DNA of 64,000 nucleotides from Eledone cirrhosa (taxonomy: Eukaryota), in NCBI GenBank assembly GCA_964016885.1, contig OZ024741.1, forward strand, positions 406,782,001 through 406,846,000, in the 5' to 3' direction. The notes beneath the pieces were generated by a model, which did not search any database, was not told the origin of the DNA, and saw only the letters and a program-made list of their open reading frames with translations. A program made the translations under genes and the position numbers. Of the stretch, positions 54,206 through 64,000 are shown piece after piece. The stretch's first letter is position 1; each line of letters starts with the position of its first letter.

Positions 54206-54989
54206 CAAATAACGAAACGAAATTAAATTTCGTTTCGCTTCTAACTCACTTTTGTATGACTGACGCTTAAACAATTAAGTTAAAGTGTACATCTACATAT
54301 GTATACGGAAGTATTAGTATGCATATAAATACACACATGTATACATATGTACATGTACTCAGCTTTTCACTAGACACTTTACAGTGAGTGTCAGCTAGTC
54401 TGTATGTAACCACACAGACGGACCGGGTTTTAGAGTCATACGGGTTTTCAAGGAAACACATTTCCTCTATTCTCCAGAGGGCCAGACAGGAATATTGGAC
54501 TAGTTTCGATGTTATTACATCTCATCAGCAATATTTACCCATCTTCCGGCTTCTCTGGAGAATTGTAAAAGCACATATCGTTATATGCTTTTTCTATGAA
54601 AATTAGTAGTGGGTAGACTAATTTGCATAGAACGTGAGTCATTGTACGCACCGGTTCAGCGGAAACGATAAAAACAATTAACGAAACGAAATTAAATTTC
54701 GTTTCGCTTCTAACTCACTTTTGTATGACTGACGCTTAAACAATTAAGTTAAAGTGTACATCTACATATGTATACGGAAGTATTAGTATGCATATAAATA
54801 CACACATGTATACATATGTACATGTACTCAAACCCGGTCCGTCTGTGTGGTTACATACAGACTAGCTGACACTCACTGTAAAGTGTCTAGTGAAAAGCTG
54901 AGTACATGTACATATGTATACATGTGTGTATTTATATGCATACTAATACTTCCGTATACATATGTAGATGTACACTTTAACTTAATTGT
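54201..54989 (-). mobile_element. Retrozyme-like element: 469-nt non-coding monomer with a 160-nt direct redundancy and a 160-nt inverted end
   Basis: 54201-54361 is repeated at 54670-54830. 54830-54989 is the reverse complement of 54271-54430. HHR inside; (TA)n on both sides. Confidence 0.88.
54491..54535 (-). ncRNA. Minimal type I hammerhead ribozyme
   Basis: Minus: aatattg CTGATGA GATGT aata ACATC GAAA CTAG TC caatatt. Confidence 0.95.
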
Positions 54990-55079
54990 ATATATATATA
55001 TATACATGGAAAGTTTCAAATACAAGTCGATGTTGTTACGGTATGTCGAATCTATTTATCTATAAAACTGTTTATATTG

Positions 55080-55145
55080 TATTTTGTCTGAGGAAGGCAT
55101 AGCATATTGTTAATATGATATCCCTGAAATATATATAATGAAATA
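55080..55145 (+). ncRNA. Type I hammerhead ribozyme (family of 5944)
   Basis: tattttgt CTGAGGA aggcat..atccct GAAA TATATA TA atgaaata. Confidence 0.83.
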
Positions 55146-55186
55146 AATATAGTTTTATAAATATAGTTTCCATTTATTTTATATTG

Positions 55187-55283
<97 letters not shown>

Positions 55284-55297
55284 ATATATTATATATA

Positions 55298-55434
<137 letters not shown>

Positions 55435-55471
55435 ATATATATTATATATATATATATATATTATATATATA

Positions 55472-55534
<63 letters not shown>

Positions 55535-55801
55535 AGCAAATTATAAACGTAAACATGTAAGTATGTTTTTGAAACGGTGCGCGTGTTTGAAATTAGAAAT
55601 TAGAAATTATAAGCTTTCACCGTATTTTAGACTAAAGAAATTTCTAGCCTGATAGTGGGGTTTATAACCCTCGGAGAAATGGAAAAAATTGAGTGTTGCC
55701 GTACAGCAACACTCATCTTTTTCCAGTACCGTCTTCTTGTTTTCCTCCGGTTGCAACGTTTTTTGAAATATTTACTTCTGCGTTCACAGATTGACCTTTT
55801 T

Positions 55802-55852
55802 AGTTTCAGAAGATCCCGTTAAGGGTGAAAGCAGCGATTCTTTGCTTAAACT
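55802..55852 (+). ncRNA. Hammerhead-like fold with variant core CAGAAGA
   Basis: agttt CAGAAGA t CCC gttaa GGG t GAAA GCAG cgattct TTGC TT aaact. Confidence 0.65.
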
Positions 55853-55959
55853 TTAATGTGTTATTTTAATAAATATTTGCTCTACGGTTCTTATATATTT
55901 GATATATATTTATCCTTATCGAGCCCTCTTTGGATTTTAGTCTTCAAATTTATTATTAT

Positions 55960-56024
<65 letters not shown>

Positions 56025-57111
56025 TATGCCTCTAGTAGCTTATATTCTCTTCACGCAGGTGGTTTGAAATTCCTGTAAAGAAAAACACACTCTCCTGTGT
56101 CTTTCCCCCTCTATATATTGTATTTTAAAGTGCCCAGGGAAACTCTTTCCTTTGAGCTCATTTAATTACAGGATTATACGCGAGTCCTTTGCTCCGTTAT
56201 ACTTGATATTTGATCCTTGCGCTCTCTCTGCTGTTGAGCACCATAAATTGAATAGTATAGGCTGCCATTTCTAGCAGCTTGTTCTGTTCATGCCACCGGT
56301 TACTGCCCCGCGCACGCATTTCTCTTATGTCTACACGTGTGAAGGTTGGTTTACTTTAGGTCTCTCTAGTAGTGCGGACAATATCGGCCTTCCAAATGCT
56401 GATGACCCACCGGGCCGTATTGGAACCCACTATACTTACCTATACATATATATATTACCTGTTTTGTGAAGGTACGTATACTTTCTCGTATGTATATTTG
56501 CTTGTATATGTTATGGCGTATATATTATATATACTGGTAACTGTGCTTTTGGTTATGTGTATACATGAGTTTTGCGTCTCTGTAAGTATACGAGTTCGTA
56601 CGTATGTAGGGTGTGTATATGTGTACTTATATATATATATATAATATATATATATATATATACATATATATATAATATATATATATATAATATATATATA
56701 TTATATATATATAATATATATATATATATTATATATATATATTATATATATATATATTATATATATATATATAATATATATATATATATTATATATATAT
56801 ATTATATATATATATAATATATATATATATATTATATATATATATTATATATATATTATATATATAATATATATATATAATATATATATATAATATATAT
56901 ATAATATATATATAATATATATATATAATATATATATATATATTATATATATATAATATATATATATAATATATATATTATATATATATAATATATATAT
57001 ATAATATATATATATATAATATACATATATAATATATATATATTATATATATATATATATAATATATATATAATATATATATAATATATATATATATAAT
57101 ATATATATAAT

Positions 57112-57152
<41 letters not shown>

Positions 57153-57155
<3 letters not shown>

Positions 57156-58860
57156 GTAGGAGGTAAGTTTTATTGTAGTACAATAAAGCAATGCAGATAT
57201 CGGATAAGAAGCACTCTACAGTTTGTAGGACTGGAGTATACATAATATAAGATCAAAAGATGGTTAAAGGAGTTCCATGTATTTTATTATGCGCATTTCA
57301 AAAACAAACATCATCATGCAATAATATTTGTGTTTTCATCAGATAAAACAGGAGAACATGATATGAAAGCTAAAAAACACTTGTGGATAGTGCAGTTTTA
57401 AATCAACATATGAAAAGTGGTTTTAGATTGATGTGTGATATTGGGAAAAATATTTTATTTAGAGAGGGGGGGTGGAAAGGATGAAAAAGGGGAGGAGATG
57501 AGAGGGAGAGATGGGTGATAGAGAGAAAGAGATAGTTTTTATAACTGAGAGAAGATATATTGTTTTACATAGAGAGGTTGAAAACCGTTGGAAGATAATG
57601 TATAAATTAAAAGAATTTGAAAATTAACGAAGGGAAGATATGTATGAGGAAAAAATATTTTATTTAGGGAGGGGGGGAGGATGAAAAAAAGGGGGAGGAG
57701 ATGAGAGTGAAGGTGGAGAGGGAGAGATGGGTGATAGAGAGAAAGAGATAGTTTTTATAACTGAGAGAAGATATATTGTTTTACATAGAGAGGTTGAAAA
57801 CCGTTGGAAGATAATGTATAAATTAAAAGAATTTGAAAATTAACGAAGGGAAGATATGTATGAGGAAAAAATATTTTATTTAGGGAGGGGGGTTGGAAAG
57901 GATGAAAAAAAGGGGGAGGAGATGAGAGTGAAGGTGGAGAGGGAGAGATGGGTGATAGAGAGAAAGAGATAGTTTTTATAACTGAGAGAAGATATATTGT
58001 TTTACATAGAGAGGTTGAGAACCGTTGGAAGATAATGTATAAATTAAAAGAATTTGAAAATTAACGAAGGGAATTTATGTATGAAGATAGAGAGAAAAAA
58101 TAATAATTGTGGATGAATATTCTAACGTCAAAAAAAGTGTATGTTGATAAGTATTGTGGCAATTTCAAAATTAACGAAGAGAAAAAATTATTAAGGTTTG
58201 TGTGTAGAAGGATTTGAGAAAAATAATGTGAAGTTAAAGTTTGTATATTGAAGGAATTGATATGTGCGAATAAAGAGTTAATATGTATTAAGAATGAGTT
58301 CGTTGATGGGGAGAAAAAAATAATAAATTAAGGATGAAATTGAGATTAAAAAGTTTTATGATAGAGAGAAAAAATAATAATAATTGCGGATGGATATTCT
58401 AACGTCAAAAAAACAAATGTATATGTTATGAACGATTTTACAAGGTGAAGATAGAAAGAGGGTAATGAGTAAACAAGTATTATAGAGTGTATAATGCCCT
58501 TTGAAGTAAGGTAGGAAGATGGGTATATTTTAAAGAGGTGTATGTATATGTGCCTTTGAGAAAAGATTCTAAATTGATAAAGAATTGAATATTAACTGTA
58601 TACTTTGTGAAAAGTCCTATGGAATTTATGCAGGCAGATAGAAAACAAATCTGTACGTCTATTTATTATAGAATCTAGGTTAGAGATAATGGTAAATTTT
58701 TCATTTAGGCAGAGATTACAGATTTTAGATAGAGAGCTGTTCTGTTCAAGTATGAGGATGCAGAAGAAACCTTCTTCCAAAAGATGGTATATTTAATGTT
58801 TTTGTCTTTCAAGGACCATATGAGTTCTGAGAGAGCCGTGTTGGTTCTTTTAAATACAAA
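57153..58860 (-). mobile_element. PLE 3' remnant: endonuclease tail (58592-58850), UTR with three ~220-235-bp tandem units (~57447-58085) and pLTR
   Basis: CNLCLNEKFTII..INRRTDLFSICLH; HHR near the end. Confidence 0.75.
57282..57348 (-). ncRNA. Type I hammerhead ribozyme
   Basis: Minus: ttttat CTGATGA aaacacaaatattat..atgatgatgtttgttttt GAAA TGCGCA TA ataaaa. Confidence 0.85.
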
Positions 58861-59479
58861 CTTAAAAGAACCAACACGCGCTTGTTATATACGTATTTAT
58901 TTACTTATATACGTTTATATAATTATTTATTTATTTGTACACAAGCATACACACACACACATATTTATATGTGCGTGGTTTTGTATACCCATGGTAAAGT
59001 TTTGCGTATGCTTGTGTATGTACGTATCTGTTTGCGTGGATGTATTTATTTGTTTCTATTACTTCTGTATTGTATTTATTTACTTTGTTCTTAACTCTGT
59101 AGCGGAGATTCATTTGGTCTCCTAGTTAGAATTTTAGTCTAAGACTTCTGCTATACCATTTACGTGGTTTTGTCTTTGCGTGCTATTGTTCTCCACGCTC
59201 CACATATGACTTATTATCTTCGTTTTTTCGTTCATTGCCAGAGAACGTCTCTATGCACCACCTAAGAGAACATTAGTCTACGACCTCTTTTATACCATAA
59301 ACGTGGTTTTGTCTTTGCGCGTAATTGTTTTTCACCGCTCCTATTAATGACGTATTATTCGTTTTTTCCCGTTCTTTGCCAGCGAACGTTTCCACGAACC
59401 AAAGTATCGTCTTCCTGTCTTCCTCCGGCTGCAACGTTTTTTGAAATATCCAGTTCTGCGTTTACAGATTGACTTTGTT

Positions 59480-59530
59480 AGTTTCAGAAGATCCCGTTAA
59501 GGGTGAAAGCAGCGATTCTTTGCTTAAACT
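59480..59530 (+). ncRNA. Hammerhead-like fold with variant core CAGAAGA
   Basis: Identical to 55802-55852. Confidence 0.65.
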
Positions 59531-59758
59531 TTAATCTGTTATTTTAATAAATATTTGCTCTACGGTTCTTATATATTTGATATATATTTTCCTTATCGAG
59601 CCCTCTTTGGATTTTAGTCTTCAATTTTATTATTATTACTATATAATATATATATATATAATATACATATATAATATATATATATATATATAAAAATATA
59701 TTATATATATATATATTATATATATATATATATTATATATATATATAATATATATATA

Positions 59759-60249
59759 TGTAGCGACGTGGTTAGTCAGTCTGGTCACTACTTCTGATCA
59801 GATCCGAGAATAGCCCTTAGAAGGACTGTTATCGCATACGGTCTGATCAGATCTGAAGATAGCCCTTAAAAGGACTGTTGTCGCATATAGCCCTTAAAAG
59901 AACTGTTGAGGATGGACAGACGAAAGCACAAGTTGAAAGGACGGAGCAAGGCGAGATGTAAATTCGATCAGCTATTTATTTTCACATGAAGCGACGATAC
60001 GAGGTACAAGGCGTGTGTGAGTGACAAAGCGTGGCAGAGGCGAGGAACAACGATACGCGGGTTGACTCTGCCAAATGTCGACTGGGGAAGTGTTTGGAAC
60101 CACTCTATTTATACAGAAATAATCGGTTGATGTTTAGCCGCTCTGTAGGCGTTTATTCTGGTAGGTTTTAAGGGTTCTTTTGTTTCACGTTGAGGTAGCT
60201 GGTAGATGGCGCTGTATATTTCACAGATGTTATTTCCGGTGGCTGTACA
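59759..60249 (-). repeat. 3' LTR of a Gypsy element
   Basis: TGTA...TACA ends. PPT (agggggctaa on minus) adjacent. AATAAA on minus at ~59975. Confidence 0.85.
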
Positions 60250-61149
60250 TTAGCCCCCTGCCAGATCTTTTGTACAACAAAAGAGCGAAATATCGTATAG
60301 GAATGTCCAGCACGTTGTGAAATTTTGTGATCATCGAGTACAGGACAGAGTCGATGTAGAGATGATATGGCAAGATGTGTGTGTCAGGAAGAAAAAAAAA
60401 ATGTTATATGACTTTGATCAGATTTATGCAGGCGTGATGAATGAGCCTGTTGCAATTTGGGTTGAGCTGCCTGTGAATTACGTGACAAAAAGTCTAACTG
60501 GGTAGTGAAGATAACCGTAATGTGTGAACTGAATGGCCGTAAGCATGCTGCCTAAAAGTAACAGTTTGCTCCACCACATATGACTTGAGCGAATGCATGT
60601 GGTAAAAAAATAGCGAGGCATTCTCGAGCTATTGAGTGAATGTGTACGTGTAAAAAGAAGGCCAATGTTTTGAGAATGCGATTTGTGAAATGCGTAATCA
60701 AAGAGAAAACATTTTGTAGTGTAAGAGTTAGAGGGACAAATATCTATTGCTCCGTGTATGAACCAAAAGGTGAAACAAACGTGGTTTTGTAGTGTGCATG
60801 AAAAACAGAATATGTACACGCCTTGTATGTAAATAAAAATGATGGCAATTACACAATCAATGTTACAGAACAAGAAAAATAATTTTTTTTTTGCAAAACA
60901 AGAGAGAGAAGAAAAAAAAATGTTATACACAATGCTATACACAATGTTTGTTCTTAAATAGTGTTTGTAATAAATAATGTTCATTATAAATAATGTTCTT
61001 CGTGACATGAGCACATGGTCACTAAAAATTGCAATTGTTCAAGCAGAAATTTCATTGTATTTGAAACTGGAAATAGTAAACACAAGAAAAATGGAAATGT
61101 TTTGCACGAAGAATGATTAAGAAACTCACTTGAGGTTAACGGTAATTCA

Positions 61150-64000
61150 CATATTGTGCCAACTTGGCGCGCCAATGGACGCGTCGTCCACTTCTCGTGA
61201 CTGGAGATGAAACAGGTGGCTCGCTGGGACAGCAATCTGTTGGAGTTTCTGGTGTAGAGACTGTAACAGTATCCATGATGGCTTTTTTTAATCTGTCCAC
61301 GCTGACAGAATTCTATTTACCATCTAGATCGAGAATAAAATATTTCGGATATTTTTTTAGAACACGATAAGGGCCAGAATATGGAGGTCGAAGATAAGCT
61401 GAGATGGTGTCGTTTCGAACGAAAACGTGTGTCCAATCTTTAATGTCTGAAGGTACGTGTGTGGCTGTGTTCTGTTGACGGGTGCTTGCAGGAGCAAGGT
61501 GAGACATATATTGTCGAAGACGGTGTACGTATGATCCTGGGTCTGGAACATTCTGAGGAGAGATGGGAGCAACCATCTGACCAGGTAGAACCAAGGTGGT
61601 GCCGTACACTAATTCTGCAGGTGTGTGTCCGAATTCCTCCTTAACGGTGGATCGAATGCCCAGAAGGATGAGTGGTAGGTATTCAAACCAGTGGGCCTTG
61701 TCTGGATATGCTTTTATTGCAGTTTTCAATTGGCGATGGAATCTTTCCACGAGACCATTAGCTTGCGGGTGATAAGCTGTCGTGCGGATGTGTTTACATC
61801 CTAACAGGCAAGTCAGTTCCCTGAAGAGGTGGGAGTTAAATTGGCGTCCTCTGTCCGTTGTTATCTTCGCTGGGGCGCCATAACGTGATACCCAGTGTAA
61901 AACCAAAGTTTTAGCGACTGTTTCCGCTGAGGTATCATTTATGGGAAAAGCCTCAGGCCAACGAGAAAATCGATCTATGCAGGTGAGCAAGTGTGTGTAG
62001 TTCTGTGATGGTGGTAGAGGTCCGACGATGTCGATATGCACATGATGAAAACGTGCATCAGGTTGCGCGAATGTGCCAAGTGGTGTTTTGATGTGTCTGT
62101 GGACTTTGGCTTTCTGGCAGGCAATGCAGCTCCTGGACCAGTGGCGCACGTCCTTGTTAATGTTAGTACACACAAAACGAGCAGAGATGAGTTTCTGTGT
62201 AGCCCAGATTCCCGGGTGAGACAAGCAGTGTAAAGCAGAAAAAACTTGTCGACGATGCATCTGTGGTACGTACGGTCGTTCATGACCGGTAGAAAAGTCG
62301 CACCAAATTTGTCCCGGAGAAGAAGGAATGGGAACTTGCTGAAACTTGAGGGATGGCGAATCTCGGAGCTTGATAAACTCTTCGTCAGTCTCTTGGTCAG
62401 CTGCGATCTGTTGAAGGTCGATGCCTGAATGCACATGTATTGCGTTCAGCTGGATTCGGGACAGTGCGTCGGCTGCTACGTTGTGTGATCCCTTGATATG
62501 CCGAATATCAGTTGAATATTGGGAGACAAAATTCAGGTGTCGGAGTTCTCTCGGTGAATGTCGATCAGGTTTGGTACGGAACGCAAAAACTAGTGGTTTA
62601 TGGTCCGTGTAGATCACGAAATCCGATCCTCCGAGCATGTGCCGAAAATGTTTAACCGAAAGATAGGTTGCCAAGAGTCCGCTTAGAAAAGAAGGATAAG
62701 GGTTGCCACACGCCGTCGACATGTTGTTGTATAACGCCTCTAACCCCCGTGTCTGATGTGTCCACTAGCAGCGAAAGAGGAGCGCCAGACCTGGGAAAAA
62801 CGAGCATGGAAGCGTTTGCCAACATTTCCTTCAGGCGGTTAAAAGATGTTAATTCTTCTTCGTTTAGAGTGATCTCTTCGTTTTTGCGAGTCCGGTTACG
62901 GAGAAGGTCCGTGAGGAGTCTGGCTGCGTCGGAACAATGAGGGATAAAACGCCTATAAAAATTCACCAGACCGAGGAATTCACGTAGTTTCCGAAGTGAT
63001 GTAGGTGCGGGAAAACTGCGGATAGCTTCTACTTTCTCGGGAAGTGGACGAATGCCGTCTTTATCGATGATGTGCCCGAGAAAGGACAGTGAAGGAACGC
63101 CGAGAAGGCACTTGCTGGGGTTGATGATGATGATACCGTACTCAGCTAAACGTTGGAAAAGGAGATCTAAGTGCTTCTCGTGTTCATGCTCGGAAGTACT
63201 TGCTACCAGCACGTCATCAATATACGCGTATACGAAGGGTAGATCGCGTAACACCGTGTCAATAAACCGCTGAAAAGTTTGTGCAGCGTTGCGCAGACCG
63301 AACGGCATTCGCAGGAATTCGAATAAACCGAACGGTGTTGTGATTGCGGTCTTCGGAATGTGTGCAGGCTCCATAAGTATCTGGTTATATGCACGCATCA
63401 AATCTACCTTGGAAAAGATGCGTGCGTCTTGCAGAGAGGCGGAAAAATCGTGCAGGTGAGTTACAGGGTAATTATCGGGCACTGTAGAATTGTTAAGTGC
63501 ACGATAATCCCCACATGGTCGCCAATCATTCTCGTTTTTTTTGGAACAAGGTGTAGGGGTGCAGACCAGTTGATGGAGGAAGGGCGAATGATTCCGAGGT
63601 CCAGCATGTGTTGGAACTCCTGCTTGGCGATTCTCAATCGGTCTGGAGGCAGTCTCCTTGGTCGGGCAGCTGTGGGTGGTCCCCTTGTCTCGATGTGGTG
63701 CGTGACACTATGCTTAATGGGACCATCCTTAAATACTGGGAGAGTGATGTCTGGGTATTTCTGGAGAATGCCGTTGTACCGCGAAGGCTCTGACTGGCAA
63801 ATTACAGGGCTCACTGTGGATTGCGTGGTAAATATACCTCTCACAGTGAGGTTTGTGGTGGTGTCAATAAGCCTCCGGTTCTTCATATCCATCAGAAGGT
63901 TGAAGTGGTGTAGAAAATCGGCTCCTAGGATAGGGGTCGGCAGGTCTGCCACGACGAACACCCATTGAAAACGCCGCCTCAGGCCTAAATTGAGGGTCAG
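61150..64000 (-). pseudogene. pol: Ty3/Gypsy pol (protease, RT, RNase H, integrase), frameshifted; runs off the window
   Basis: [68 protein letters not shown]. Confidence 0.95.

Noticed and set aside
56392-56425. ccaaatg CTGATGA CCC acc GGG as a hammerhead
   Set aside because: GAAA and stem III are absent; at best a deleted relic.

Overview
Eukaryotic, AT-rich, microsatellite-saturated DNA with no clearly recognisable host gene. The abundant tRNA-derived SINE and the repeat landscape suggest an octopod cephalopod (inference). Contents: two near-full Penelope-like elements (PLEs; RT plus C-terminal GIY-YIG) and four PLE fragments of a second clade; a compact Gypsy element with both LTRs and 5-bp TSDs; the 3' part of a second Gypsy; RTE and CR1 LINE fragments; Helitron-like and hAT non-autonomous elements; about a dozen SINEs; and 45-, 49-, ~225- and 608-bp tandem repeats. 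The main hidden signal is about 25 type-I hammerhead ribozyme (HHR) motifs, about 18 well formed, mostly minimal forms with a palindromic stem III. They lie in PLE pseudo-LTRs and in at least two ORF-less, terminally redundant, highly structured units (323 nt and 469 nt) that look like retrozymes, i.e. self-cleaving circular-RNA retroelements probably mobilised by PLEs into (TA)n tracts. A second striking feature is a 4.2-kb array of 93 copies of a SINE's 45-nt Pol III head, enclosed with the SINE inside one 16-bp TSD. All folds and alignments were read by eye; nothing was computed or searched.
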